64,000 nucleotides of DNA from Hemiscyllium ocellatum. Its lineage: Eukaryota. The position numbers were made by a program, and so were the translations under genes. The DNA is taken from assembly GCF_020745735.1 (NCBI RefSeq), contig NC_083406.1:109221164-109285163 (forward strand). Direction: 5' to 3'. Below are positions 1-13,664 of this stretch, piece by piece. The stretch's first letter is position 1. Every line of letters begins with the position of its first letter. The notes below the pieces were generated by a model. That model ran no database searches. It worked only from the letters and a program-made list of their open reading frames with translations, and was not told where the DNA came from.

Positions 1-959
1 GCATTTCTGACATGAGATTCCGGTTAGGGCCTTTTCAGAAATGCAGTGCCTACTTTAAATGTGACAGGTACCTCAGTGCAGGATAATTGGGGGAAGGCAG
101 GTCACGTGCACTCTTTCCCACAGGGGTTAGTCATTATTGTGTCATTTAAATGTCCAGCTTTTTGGGCAGCCTCTGTGACAGTTTGTATGAAAAGGTAAGT
201 AAACAAAGCAAATATGAAGTCTGGGTGCCAGATTCGTAAGAAGTAGGATGGGAGGCAGGCAGGGAACCAAGATACAAGGTGGGAAGGGGAGAGATTAAGG
301 TAGGTTAGGACAGGCAAGATTGGATTGTTGGTTCTCAGAGGGGGAAGAGAAGTGCAGGAAGGTGGTTTGGATCCAAAGCTGGATAGAGGACTAGTTCTAT
401 GATGGGATCCAGTGATGTGTCTATTGGTGTGTGTGAGTGCGCACGCACGTGCGGTTAAATGTTGGATCCTGGATGGGGTTGTTCCGGTATTTTGGGATGT
501 CAGTTTAATATTACTCAGGTGTTAGATGAGGTAATTAACTGCATTGGAACCTTCAGAAATTTTGATTTTCAAATGGTTTTAAATTCAGAGGGTTCCAGGT
601 GAAGGGAAATTGTCCAGCAGAATTTTTGATTTCTTGGACAGTTTCTTAAGAGTCTACAACATTGGGAATTCTGCATTATCCTGATGTGCAACTCCCACTT
701 CCACTGCGGAAGTGGCTATCTGACCATATTAAGAATGTCCTTTATATCTCAAAGTTTTGAAAGTAGTGTCAGATTATCTTAAACACTGCTTCCCCATACT
801 ATTGTAATAGGTGTTAAACCTGTGAGTATGATATCATAGTTATTGTAAAATAGCATTTCATCTAAGTTAACAAAAAGGAAGTGAAAATTTATCTTAAGCA
901 GGTTTCAAATGAACACACGTTTTACTTTCATCCAGGAAGCTGTATGGACTCTTGGTCCA

Positions 960-1255
960 ATATTCTTCGGATGAAATATGAAACAAAGGCCCCTTCTGCC
1001 CCCCTGTGTTTCCATAAAAGATTGCATGGCACTATTTCAATGAAAAGTAGGAAAATTATCCGCAGTGTCCAAGTTAATATTCATCCCTCAATTAACATCC
1101 CAAAAGTGGAAGTTTGATAACCATTAAACATTATTGTTCGTAGGCCCTACAACTATCTGCAATAAAACAGTGATAGCACTTCATAATGTATAGTAGCTAA
1201 TGTGTAGTAGCTCAGGGCATCCCAAAGTTGTGGAAGGTGCTACATAAATGAAATT
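960..1255 (+). mobile_element. Old DeuSINE (SacSINE1/AmnSINE-like) remnant; another near 44650-44810
   Basis: Deu-domain-like ttcggatga...catggcactatttc...tcatccctcaa and tail gaaggtgctacataaatg (recognised from memory of the consensus). Confidence 0.6.
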
Positions 1256-2090
1256 TTAAAAAAATGTGTTGCCAAATATATTCGCAATGGAAAACATAAG
1301 GTGCTCTACAAAAAAAAAGTTATCCCACCTTATTTGTGCTGAACATTTTATCTAAGATTGTAAGGAAATTTGTAAAGAGGACCATCCTTGGTGAGAAAAT
1401 GGATGAGCCTCATTTAATTTATTTGCATATGAAACATGCTGATAAAGGACAGGAACAAAAGGAGTTCTGAAACACCAATGGCTTGTTCTTTGCCCTGCCA
1501 GTAAAATTGAAATATATACTCAGTTGTTGGTCATTCAAAGAATGTTTCTTGAATAGATCAGACAGGTAGGATGGACAAGGTATTTATGCTCAATGCTTTA
1601 TAGATGCTTTACCGACTGATGGTATTAGGTGCAACACCAATTGTTGTACCCTGCCGAATTCTACTCCCCATTGGATTCCTGCTTGATAAAATGAGTCCCC
1701 CTTATCTCATGGGTAGCATAACGAAATAAACATTGCTTGGACCCTGTGTGTCTTTGCAGGGCATGATATGCTACAATTTATGGTTAACAAGTGAAGTGGG
1801 CAAGTGGCTTCTGATGTTACAAAAGCCTAATCCTCTTGTGCTCTCAAGAGCACCCCAGTGCTCTCAATTAGATTGCACTGCAATCCAGTTCTTGAATCTT
1901 AGCTGATTTTCAAACACAAGATCCTACTGGGCTGAGACCTGTCCTGGGACTTTCCTTGTCTACTAGTTTCAGTTCCCAACTAACAAAATCAGCGCAGTTA
2001 AAAATAAGATGTGTTAAAAAGATCACGGTTTGGTGGCTTTTAAAAGAATACCTGTGCCACCGGGGGAAAAAAAATGAAAATAAGACTTAC

Positions 2091-2299
2091 TGAATGTGCC
2101 ACATCCTCTAGAGTTGCTGAGAAGGATTCAATTAGGTTGTGGGGAAGCTGTGAAAGAAATCCAATTGTATCAACGTAAAGGACAGTCAAGCGGCTTGGCA
2201 TCAAGCCGGCATGGGTGGTAACATCAAGGGTAGCAAACAACTGATTTCTTGGGTGAAGGCCTGAGTCTCCAGTCAGAGCTTTGATGAGGGTCGTTTTGC
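2091..2299 (-). CDS. GTPBP6: GTPBP6 coding exon 7 (GKTTLIKALTG...LFATLDVT...DTIGF...TLEDVAHS); remaining exons lie beyond position 1
   Basis: G1 GKT, G2 LFATLD and G3 DTIGF motifs of HflX GTPases; tttcAG / GTAAGT; 209 nt, phase 1-0. Confidence 0.97.
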
Positions 2300-2821
2300 C
2301 TGAAATGCACAAGATTAGTGTTCGATTACTCTATGGTAGGAAGATAGATTTGTTTAATTCACATAAATACACAAAATAGAGCAAGTACCTCGCACCTACT
2401 CTGTTACTTATAGTTGATCTTGAGTATCAACTCCACTTTCTTGTTGGCTCTCCATATCCTTTCCTTTCTTTAGCGAAGAAAACTATTTCAGCTTTCAATG
2501 TATTCAGTGATGCTGAATCTATAAATCCTCTGGGGTACAGAATTCCAAAGTTTCACAAACTTTTGGGTGAAGAAACCTTTCCTCCTCTCACTCGCAAATG
2601 ATCGACTCCTTATCTTGAGACTATAACCCCTTGTTCTAAATTCCACTTTGTTAAATCTCCTCATAATGTTAAATATTTCAATTAGATCACATCTCATTCT
2701 TCTAAACTCCATAGAACACAGATCCAACTTACTTCGACTATGCCACACTGTGTTTACACCAACATTGGTGATGGAGGAGAAATGTGCTATAGGTTGCAGG
2801 GAGTTGTTAAAGAAGAGAATT

Positions 2822-2981
2822 CAGAGGAAACTTAATTATCTGAATGTCATGGACGAGGAGTATTTTGTTCAGATAACTGAATGCCGGATAACACAGTTTG
2901 GCCAAGCACTGGGACCCTGTGATCTTGTTCGGACAGTCTGAAATTTGGACAATCGAATGCCAGATAATCGAGGTTCCTCTG
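2822..2981. mobile_element. Tc1/mariner (Tigger/pogo)-type MITE
   Basis: About 21-bp imperfect TIRs cagaggaaacttaattatctg / cagataatcgaggttcctctg followed by TA. Confidence 0.7.
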
Positions 2982-3133
2982 TAATCACTATTTTCAGATT
3001 TGTGGAAACAACAACGAAGCATGCGCTCATCTCCATTCACTGATTTGAATGAGCAGAAACAATATTTTCTTTTTAAGAAACTTCAAGAGTCAGAAGAAAC
3101 TATATTGCCTGGATTTTGTGCATTTTTTAAGCA

Positions 3134-3345
3134 GGAGAAAGTGAGGACTGCAGATGCTGGAGATCAGAGCTGAAAATGTGTTGCTGGAAAAGCGCAGCAG
3201 GTCAGGCAGCATCCAAGGAGCAGGAGATTCGACGTTTCGGGCATAAGCCCTTCATTCCTGAAGAAGGGCTTATGCCCGAAATGTCAAATCTCCTGTTCCT
3301 TGGATGCTGCCTGACCTGCTGCGCTTTTCCAGCAACATATTTTCA
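3134..3345. mobile_element. Hairpin insertion of two inverted Neptune-type PLE termini
   Basis: Arms match 25101-25198; hammerhead core at the centre; 14-bp TSD GCATTTTTTAAGCA at 3120-3133 / 3346-3359. Confidence 0.9.
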
Positions 3346-3446
3346 GCATTTTTTAAGCACCCTAGTGAACACTGAATAATCTTTCAGAAAAGAACAACAG
3401 GAGCAATTGCAGCCTGTTCATGACAAAATGCAGAATGGAAACTCAC

Positions 3447-3605
3447 CACAGTTCGTGTAGCCCATGATAGAAATAATTGGGAACTCTCTGCGCTTCCGCT
3501 TAGTCCTCAGCAACTGTCGTTTCCTCCTTAGTTTTTCTAACACACCTCTAATCTTCAATTCCCTCTCCTTAAGAAGGCGCTGTTGAACTTCCATGAAGGT
3601 CTCAC
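3447..3605 (-). CDS. GTPBP6: GTPBP6 coding exon 6 (GETFMEVQQRLL...IMGYTNCG)
   Basis: Helical linker plus start of the G1 P-loop GYTNCG; tttcAG / GTGAGT; 159 nt, phase 1-1. Confidence 0.96.
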
Positions 3606-4233
3606 CTGAAATTAAGGCTTTGATTAAGACAAGTGAATGCATCGTCAACGTTTACAAAATTTGTTCTTTCAGCAAAGCCATCACTTGTTGTCCAACCCCA
3701 ATTTGGGATGATGGCTTGCTTGGCCATTTCAAAGGGCAATTAAGAGTCAACCAACATTTCTATGGATCCGGAGTCACACCTAGTCTACAGCAGGAAAGGA
3801 TGGCAGATTTTCTTCCCTGAACAAGTCAGTGTTTACAACAATAGAATATGCATTCCACAATAAAATCACCACTAAACAATTCTGAATGTTTATTTTGGTC
3901 TGAAAACCACTTATAAAATGTATTAAATTGAAAGGAATATTTAAATGTATGAAAATGTTTGACAATCAATTTATTGTCTGATCTGCACTATAGTACTGCA
4001 GTAAGTCTGATTAATAAGAGCAAGCTACCAAAATTAGAGCTAGGCCTGATACACTGTCAATAATCTACTAGGTCTGGGGAGAGAGATATGGAGAACCGAT
4101 TCATCCTTTTTCTTAAAACCTTGGGAAGTCCCTATATCCTTTGATAATTAATAAAACCTAACATGAATACTAATATTGACTGATTGTAAATAAGAGCATT
4201 CAATAGTTGTTATAAATTTTACATTGAACAACA

Positions 4234-6802
4234 ATGATGGGGGTGATGGTTAGATTGTCTCTTATAGACTCTCAGAGATATACAGCATGGAAACAGATCC
4301 TTCGGTCCAACTTGTCCATGCTGACCAGATATCCTAACTTTATCTGCTCACATTTGCCAGCACTTGGCCCATATCCCTCTCAAACCTTCCTACTGGTGAT
4401 GGTCATAGCCTGGCATTTATGTGGCGCGAATGTCACTTGACACTTGTCAGTCCAAGCCTGGATATTCTCCAGATTTTGTTGCATTTGGCCACGGACTGCT
4501 TCTGTGTGTGAGGGGTTGCAAATGGTGCTGAGTATTGTGCAATCATCCCCATGTCTGACTTTATGATGGAGGGAAGGTTATTGATGAAGCAGCTGAAGAT
4601 GGTTGGTCCTAGAACACTACACTGTGGAACTCTTGCACAGATATCCTGGAGCTGAGATGACTGACTTCCCACAAGAATGATCATCTTCCCATGTGTCAGA
4701 TATGACTCTAACTACTGGAGAGTTTGCCCCATGATACCTATTGATTCCAGTTTTGCTTGGTCTCCTTGATGCCACACTCAGTCAAATGCAGCCTTGATGT
4801 CAAGGGCTGCCACTCTCACCTCACCTCTGGAACTCAGCTCTTTTGTCCATGCTTGAACCAAGGCTGTAATGGGGGTCAGGAGCTGAGTGGCCCTGGTGGA
4901 ACCCAAACTGGGCATCACTGAGCAAGTTATTGCAGAGCAGGTGCAGCTTTATACTACTGTTAATATGATACCTTTCATCACTTTACTGATGGTCAACAGT
5001 AGACTGATATGGCGGTAATTTCTCCTGCTTTATATGTAGAGGACATACTTGGGAAGTTTTCCCACAGGTAGATGCCAGTGCTGTGACTGTTCTGGAATAG
5101 CTTGGCTAGGGGAGCAGCAAGTTCTGGAGCACAAGTCCTCAGTACTATTGCCGGAACGATGTCAGGGCCTGTAACCTTTGCAGTACCCAGTGCCTCCAAC
5201 TGTTTTTTGCTATCATGTGGAGTGAATCGAATTGGCTGAAGAGTATCTGCAATGCTGGGGACCACTGGATAAGGCCTAAATGGATCATCCAATCGGCACT
5301 TCTGGCTGAAGATTGCTGCGAAGTGCTAAGCTCTTCCATCACTGACAATGGGGATATGTGTGGAGCTGCCTCCTCCAGTGATTTCTTTAATCATTCACCA
5401 CCATTCACGGCTAGATGTGGTAGGACTGCAGTCCTTGGATCTGATCTGTTGGTTGTGGGATCACTTAGCTCTATCACTTGCTGCTTATGCTGTTTGGCAC
5501 ACAAATAGCCCTGTTTGGTGGCTTCACCAGGTTGACACCTCATCTTCAGGTATGCCTGATCCTGCTCCTGCACTCTCCATTGAAACAGGGCAGATCCCCG
5601 GTCGAGTGGGGAATATGCTGGGCCATGAGGTTACAGATTGTGCTGTAGTACAATTCTGCTGCTGTTGATGGCCCACTGCACTTCACACCCCCAGTCTTGA
5701 GGTGCCGGATCTGTTTGAAGTGTGTAACATTTAGCACATTAGTAGTGCCACAAAGCAAGGAGGTTATTTTCAACATGAAGGCAGGACTTCGTCTCCACAA
5801 GGACAGTGTGGTGGGCACCCTTACCAAGACTATCATGGACAGATGAATTTGCAGCTGGCAGATTGGTAAGGATGAGGTCAAGTATGTTTTTCCCTCTTGT
5901 TGGTTCCTTCACCACCTGCCGCAGACCCAGTCTAGCAACATATCCTTTAGGACCTGACCAGCTTGATGAGTAATACTGCTGCCAAGCCACTCTTGGTGGT
6001 GGACACTGAAACCACTCACCAAGTACATTTTGTTCCCTTGCCATCCTTAGTGCTTCCTCTCAGTGTTGTTTCACATTGAGGAGTAACGATGCTTCAACTG
6101 AGGGAGGACGGTATGTGATGATGTTAAACTTGAAACCATGAGACCTCATGGGATCCAGAGTGAATGTTGAGGTTTCCCAGAGCAACACCCTTCCAACTGT
6201 ATACCACTATGCTGCCACCTCTGCTGGGTCTCTCTTGCCAGTGAGACAGGACATATCCAGGGATGGTGATGGTGATTTCTGGGATATTTTAAGATGCAAT
6301 TCCTTGAGTATGACTATGTCAGGCAATTGTTTCACTAGACTGTGAGACAGCTCTCCCAATTTTGGCACTAGCCTGCTGATGTTAATGTGCAGGACTTTGA
6401 AAGGTTGACAGGCTATTTCTGCCATTATCTTTTCCTATAACTAGGTGAATGCCAGGTGATCCATCTGATTTCATTTCTTTGAGACTTTGTAGTGATTGAT
6501 CCAGGTGAATGGCTTGCTAGGCCATTTCAGAGGGCAGTTGAGAGTCAACCACATTGCTGTGGGTCTGGAGTCACATGTAGGCCAGACCAGGTAAGGTTGG
6601 CAGATTTCCTTCCCTGAAGGGTATTAGTGAACCAGATGGGTTTTTCCGACAATCGACAGTGATTTTAATGGTCATCAGTAGATTCTTAATTCCAGGGTTT
6701 TGTTTTAATTGAACTCAAATTCCACCATTAGCCATGGCAGGATTCCAACCTGGGTCCCCAGAACATTATCTGAGTCTCTGGATAATACCTCTAGGGCACC
6801 AC
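4234..6802 (-). mobile_element. Degenerate CR1/L2-group LINE (APE endonuclease + RT, no ORF1) with tRNA-like 5' head
   Basis: EN motifs NI..L.PKLGEL...PDIVIL.E and PTRGKNILDLILTN; RT motif VPQ.SVLGPTIFSCFIN; head with B-box GGTTGGAATCC at 6740-6750. Confidence 0.85.
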
Positions 6803-7383
6803 TTTCATGCTGTTGTGCGAGAAATAAAATGGTGAATATATTAGTAGAATCCGAGGCCCAGAGTAGTTGGAGATAAAATAACAGAGTGGGAATCTGTTAT
6901 GTTTCTCTTATTCTGGTTGAGTTTGGTATTAGAATATTATAGGCCAATAACAATATGTTTGAGGAGTTAAAGAACCTGAACTCGAAGTGGCTGTAGGGAA
7001 TATATAACCACATTGTAATTGGGTAGCTCCAATACAAGTGAAGTAATGACTGGTTAACTTGATCTCCAAAGGACTTTCTGTGCAGCAACAGTATAAGAAA
7101 GGGTGTTCTGAGCAGAAATTGTGAAAGTATTGTGTGTCGCATTGGCAAGGGAAATTATACAGAGGCCACAATTCTACACAGTGTAGTGGTAGGCTGCTGT
7201 TCTTTGATACCACTGTTCATCATTACTGCATCAAGTCTTACCTAAACTGCATTGAATTTGACTGCTTTTACTTTCATTTCAAGACCTGTATGTGAAGGAA
7301 GTTAAATAGTTAGTTTTGTCAGACACCTCCTAACTCAAATACAAACCAATGGCATCAATTTTTTTTGTCTTTTATAATTCTAG

Positions 7384-7737
7384 AGTAGCATGGAGGCTCA
7401 GTGGTTAGCACTACTGCCTTACAGTGACAGGAAACCAGGTTCAATTCCAGCCCTGGGTGACTGTCTGTGTGGAGTTTGCAAGTTCTCCCTATGTCTGCTT
7501 GGGTTTCCGTTGGGTGCTCTGGTTACCTCCCACATTCCAAAGATGTGCAGGTTGGGGAGGGGTGGGGGTAAGGGGGGTTGGCCATGCTAAATTGCCCATA
7601 GTGCCCAGAGATGTGCAGACTAGATGGGTTAGCCATGGAAAATATGGGCTGAAGGGGATTGGGTGAGATGCTCTTTGGGTGACTGGTGCAGACTCGATGG
7701 GCCGAATGACCCCTTTCCATACTGTAGGGATTCTATG
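7384..7737 (+). mobile_element. HE1-type V-SINE
   Basis: tRNA head, V-domain tgtgtggagtttgca...gggtttcc, CR1-like tail. Confidence 0.85.
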
Positions 7738-9665
7738 TGGAAAGCATGTGTTTATTTCACATTTGGGAGATGTGGTAAATAGCATTTAGCTAAGACCTTT
7801 ATGTGAGGTAGCAATGTTCCTCTACAACTGTACTGACATTTCAACCAGAGGTTTCCAATTGTAAATTTAGCTGAAGGAGTCATCCTCTTCCATTTGAATT
7901 AAATCTTTTTCTCAACCCAAATCCAGAATTTTATTTCTTATTTGTTCATGGGACACAAGCCTCATTGGCAAAACTAGCATTTGAGGGCCACCCTGACTTC
8001 CCTTGGGAAAAGAGAGGGTGATGAGCTGCTTTCTTGAATTCTGCAGTCTATCTGGTGGGTAAATCCACGGTATTGCTAGGAAGGGAGTTGCAGGATTTTG
8101 ACCCAGTGACAGTGAAGGAATGATGACATTATGTATGGATGGTCCTTGATTCATATGGTTTCACCATCACACTGATTTTACTGTACTACCTCGGATTCCA
8201 ATAATGTGCACCTGATTTGTGATAACGCAATTCTTACCCTCTCCCAGCGGTGCAGAGATATAAATAAGTGTCAAGCTCAGCATCCCTGGGTTAGTTCCTA
8301 CTCATTCACCTGTTTTTGCTTTGCCTGCCTCAATTTAGGCTGGATAAGATCCACAAGGATACTCAAAGCAACAAAGAAGCAGTCTGATGATCCTCAACCT
8401 TCACCTTCAGGAGCTGCAGATGAGTCAGATAAGGATCCACAGTCTTCCACCTCCAGATACACAATCTTGTATATGAAGCCTTACAAGCATGAAAATACAT
8501 TCCTTTTGCATATTTTCTTGCCTATTTTTAATTTTATATTAACTTTGTTCATAGTCTGTACTTGTTGATGTTCCAAGAATGCTCCAACATTTACATGGGT
8601 TTTGATGAGAATATGTTTCAAACAACGCAATCTTGCTTAAATGAGATAATTTTCAGTAATGCAACTATTGCATTAAGCATGGACTCTTTGCAGTTGAAAG
8701 TTTATAATATGCTTATTGGAAGGGAACTTGCAATTAGTGATGTATCCATGTAGTAATTGCCCTTGTCTCTAGAGGTCACAGGTTTGGAAGATGCTGCCAA
8801 AGAAGTCTTGGTGAACCATTGCAGTGCAGCTTAAAGACAGTAGTATTGCCATCACTGTGCTTTAGCGTTATGTGAGAGTTAATGCTTTGCCCTGGATGGT
8901 GTCAAGCATCTTCGGTGTTGTTGGAGAAGCACCAATTCAGAAAAGTGACAGTATTCTATTACATCCATGGCTTGAACTTTGAGGCTGTAGGAAAACCTTG
9001 AAGCCAATCTATACAATTCACAGACGTGAAGTGACAACATTGGTTGTGGAGTTTGAATGAAGTGATTGATGAGCAACCATCAATACCAAAGATCACCCAC
9101 AACAATTTTGGCACAGCAACTTACTCCAAGGCATTTCACAACATTGGAACTGAAACAGTAGTAATGAGATTGGGTAACTTTTACTGAGATTAGTAAAAAC
9201 TAGGATATAATAGTGAGGCAGAGGCGGAAAGCAGAGATTCACTAGAATGGTACAAAATACTAGAAATAAGGATTAAAATTAAAATGCTGGAATTACTGAG
9301 AGGAACAAGCAGTATGTGAGATAGACAGAAGTCAAGCACATTAGAATTAGAGATTGTTGACCAGCCCTTTAACACTTTCACTCCCAAGTTCTGGAATGAT
9401 GAAACAATTTTTCGTTTAACAGCTCCCTTTCATCGGGTGATGAGCTATCCTACAACAGTGTTTACTTTATCAAAGACGAAGCTGAGTATCTTCCAGCTAA
9501 TATTAAGTTAAGTGTTAACTAATACTTAAAATATTGTGGGAAGTGCAATCATCAAATCCACATTGCAATAACACTTAATCAGCATCACAAGAGTGCAGGA
9601 AATTGGATCAATGATTATGGTCAATACTCCTGTATGACAAATGTATGATGCAGTCGGAATATTAC

Positions 9666-9736
9666 CTGACCCCATTATGTACCTGGATCCACCACCTTGC
9701 TGGTCTAAATGAGCCATTTCATTTTTCAGCTGAGAC
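9666..9736 (-). CDS. GTPBP6: GTPBP6 coding exon 5 (SQLKNEMAHLDQQGGGSRYIMGS)
   Basis: HflX glycine-rich QQGGG..GSGE motif; gcAG / GTAATA; 71 nt, phase 2-1. Confidence 0.95.
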
Positions 9737-10650
9737 CTGCCAAATGAGGGCAAAACATTATTCAATTGAAATTCCACTATACTCTTCATTGGAAGTAGTT
9801 ACATTTCTGCAAAGCCTGTTTGGAACAGGCTGCTGCAAGACTTAGCCAAAATAGGACATTTATAAAAACAAAACTGGTGATTTAAAAGGACAAATTAAAG
9901 TTTTCAAAAATAATCTGTGTATTCTACCACATCCACAGCAACAACATGTAGCAAACTACGTCCTTTTTATAAAAATGAGGATGCGATGCCACTTCATGCT
10001 ACTGTGCTTTGGCATAGAATCTCTTACATGGGATTGCTTCAGCAAAGCACTATCAGGCAACTGAGAAACTCAAATAAATTAGATAATATTATATTATGAG
10101 GCCATTGGGTTTTGGGAATGGAATGCAGGATCAGGGTGGAGACACATAGCAGCAGTTATGAAGCATACATCCACACTGAACTGGTGTTGCCGGAATTCTA
10201 TGATTTTTAATTGCAAGCAAAAGATTAATTCATCAGCTTGTTCCATGACTGATGAAGTTTTATAAAACAACTTTCATTCGAGAACTATATATTGAATGTG
10301 TTGTTATTGAGATGAACAGGCATGTCTGCGCTGGACAAAATCATTGATTTTTCAACTTAAATCCTGTTCTCAGATCCAATGGAAAGCAAAGCAATTAGTT
10401 GGCAACATGCCCAAACATTTTCCCACTTAGAAAATTAGAAACACACCCTTGCAACAGCTGAGTGACAGCCAAAATCTGAATGCTTATTTACAGATTGTGT
10501 TGTGCACTGGAATGCAAATTAAGAAGTGATTCGATGGGCCAAAGGATTTCTTTCATATTATATGATTCAAAGTGGATTGTGCTATGTAAATTCAGTTTTC
10601 TTTTAATTCTTCAAATGGAAATAGTGAGCTGACAAATCATTTTAATAGGC

Positions 10651-11170
10651 AAAAGTGAGTACTGCAGATGCTGGAGATTAGAATTGAGAGTGTGGTGCTG
10701 GAAAAGCACAGCAGGTCAGGCAGCATTCAAGGAGCAGGAGAATCAACGTTTTGGGCAAAAGCCTGTCATCAGAAATGAGGCTGGGAACCTCGGGTGGAGA
10801 GATAAATAGGAAGGGGGTGGGGGTGGGGTCGAAAGTAGCTGAGAGTGCAGGAGGTGGATGGAGGTGGGGGTAAAGGTGATAGGTCAGAGGGGAGTGTGGA
10901 GTGGATAGGTGAGAAAGAAGATGGACAGATGGGCCGGGTCATGAGGACGGTGCTGAGCTGGAAGGTTGCTACTGGGGTAAGGTGGGGGAGGGGAAAATGA
11001 GGACACTGATGAAATCTACATGGATGCCATGGAGTTAGAGGGTCCTGAGGCAGAAGATGAGGCATTCTTCCTCCAGGTGTTGGGTGGTAAGGGAGTGACG
11101 ATGGAGGAGGCCCAGGACCTGCATGTCCTTGGCAGAGTGGGAGGGGGAGTTGAATGGTGCGGGTGTTCCA
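10651..11170 (-). mobile_element. Neptune-type PLE 3' fragment (end of GIY-YIG domain + terminal repeat)
   Basis: Reverse complement similar to 21010-21310 and 24760-24950; terminal ctgcagatgctggag tail. Confidence 0.85.
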
Positions 11171-11290
11171 GAGATCTAAAGTGAGGAGGACAGTTTGTTA
11201 TAATTAAGTATATCACTGACATCTTCTATGATAATAATCAATGTGATGCAGTTAAAGTTTTAGAAGTGTTGTAGGAGATTGAACCCTTAC

Positions 11291-11421
11291 CTCAAATACG
11301 GAATCTCAGCCAACGCTATCTGCAGTTTAGCTTCTTTAGTTCGGGCATTAAAACGGAAGATGTGAAGGACGACTGAGTACCTATCAAACACTTTCACACC
11401 CCAGGCAGATTCTAACTCTTT
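11291..11421 (-). CDS. GTPBP6: GTPBP6 coding exon 4 (KELESAWGVKVFDRYSVVLHIFRFNARTKEAKLQIALAEIPYLR)
   Basis: HflX signature DR..VL.IF...A.T.EAKLQ..LA; cttctAG / GTAAGG; 131 nt, phase 0-2. Confidence 0.96.
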
Positions 11422-13321
11422 CTAGAAGAATCAAAAGGAAATATTTCACTTATTTGCCTTTTACATAGATTAAAATCAACACAATGAAATGCCCAAAAGG
11501 CACAATGGATCACACGGCCTCTATCAGCACTGCCTGATTCTACAACACTAGAACAAAGGGTGGTATGAGTATTTTTGGAAAAACATTTTAAAAGCTTATT
11601 TATGAAATATAGGTCAGCAGTTATTTCCTCTCACCATTTGTTCTCGAGAAAGTGGCAGTGAGTTGCCTTCTGTAACTGCTGCTGTCCATGCAGTGTGGGC
11701 ACACTGAATGCTGTTAGGAAGGAATTTGGTTCCAGATTTTTGAATCAGAGAAGAAATGACAAAATATTAGGATGGCATCTGACTTGGAGGGAAATGTGCA
11801 GGTGGTGCTGTCCTCCTTTTTCTAGGTAGTGGAGATGATGGATTTAGAGATGCTACCAAAAGGCCTTATTGCTGCATTGCACCTTGTATATGGTAAACAC
11901 TGCTGGCACATGCATCAATAGGGAGGGTTTGAATGCTTAGGTTGCTGGATGGGTACTAATTTAGTTGGCTCCATTCTCCTTGGCTTTGAGCTTCTGGATT
12001 ATTGTTCCACGTTCTTCCAATCAAATGGAGAGTATTGCATCACACTCCCTTCATGTGCTTTATAGTTGGTAGTCAGCTTTCAACTGTCAGGTAAGTTAGT
12101 TACATCAGAATTTCCAGTTTCTGGCCTGCTTTGTAGCTACAGGCAGGTCCTATTTAATTTCTGGTCAATGGCGCCATGACCAAGACTAGAGGATTGTTAT
12201 TCTAGTCTCACAGTTGTTGAAATTAATGTTATATGGTAGCTTCAATGCACAGAATTTAATCAGCTTTCTATTACTTTGTTTAAAGATACATATTTCCTTT
12301 TTGGTTTTCCCCAATCTCTTTGCTAAAGGTGCAGATTACACTAGTATACTGTTCCTTCAGCTTTGGTTTTTGTCCAAATGTGTAAGCCCAACTAGTGAGA
12401 CTGAATGATAGAATCACATCGAGGGCTGAAAGGTTTATCCTGCGCTGCAATATTCTATGTTCTATATAATGCAGAAGAGTCCCTTCAGCCCATCGAGTCT
12501 GTATAGCCAAAAATAATCTATTACTTGGACTAGTCTCATTTTCCCACACTAGGCCCATAGACTTAAATGTTACAACACTTCAAGTGTCCACCCAAGAATG
12601 TTTTGAAGGTTGTAAGGTTAACTGCCTCAACTACCTTCCCAGGCAATGCATTCCAGACCCTGACTATACACTGGGTGAAAACTAATTCCTCAGACCCCTC
12701 TAAACATTCATCCCTTCACTTTCAAAGTGAACAGTGTTGACAGGCTATTCAAGCTTGGGGTGAATTACAACCAAGTCTGATTATGTGGTCACCTGATGAC
12801 CACAAACTGCATTTTTCAGTGGCCAATGATCGCTGGCTAATGTTCAGAAACAGGAACACTATCTGAATTTAAGGCCAGCTATGGCATCCCAACTATTTCA
12901 GGGCAGTGATGAGTCAGCATAAAGATCAACTTAGGTCAGCCTAATGACTCCGTTTCGCACTCCCAGAACGTGCTGTTCATTTTCCCCTGGATTTGGAATA
13001 GCAAGATATTAATACTTTTGTCTGAGCATAATGTATTTGAAATATGTTGCTGTTTCATTCTCGAAATACATACTTAACCCATCCTTGGTATAATAACTCC
13101 AAAACTGTACAGAAAATGACAAATTAACAGGAACTGGGGAGTAGCTTAATGCATTTTTTGAATCTCTGCCAATTGAAGATACTGTATGAATGATCTGACC
13201 ATCAATTCTCTGCTTTGCAATTTAATCACATGGTGAAAGTACTGTCAATTATATATAATTCAGGACATTATGATGAGTTATTACTTTTACATCATACTCT
13301 GCTTGGGTGAAAGTTCTTTAC

Positions 13322-13392
13322 CTCAGATGATGCAGACAGCCGCTCAACATTCATAAACACTGCTGTAACTTGTGGCAAACTTTTTAATTTTT
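13322..13392 (-). CDS. GTPBP6: GTPBP6 coding exon 3 (EKLKSLPQVTAVFMNVERLSASSE)
   Basis: ttttacAG acceptor, GTAAAG donor, 71 nt, phase 1-0, in frame with neighbours. Confidence 0.9.
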
Positions 13393-13664
13393 CTGTAAAA
13401 CAATAGCATTATTGTAATATATTAGCACTTAATTTTCTGCAACTGTTTGGAACATAATGAAGCTATGAAAGATGTTACTTACTGTTTTTTACTGTAACAA
13501 AGCATTGCAAAAATAGCTTTATCAAATAATTGTACATTTTATTCAAAGTACTTAACTGTACCCACAGCCTATATGTTTCACAACATCTTATATACATTGC
13601 ATGGGACAAAATTAGAGACGTGATAAAGTATATATATTTTCCTGATCACAGATTTTAAATTATT

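Noticed and set aside
3134-3345. Hairpins as DNA-transposon MITEs or CRISPR-like repeats
   Set aside because: Arms are asymmetric, match a retroelement terminus, have variable 14-16 bp TSDs and are dispersed; there is no repeat-spacer array.
8206-8568. 120-aa ORF with PQPSPSG acidic segment
   Set aside because: Vaguely like a Tigger transposase C-terminus, but no catalytic motif or TIR is visible.
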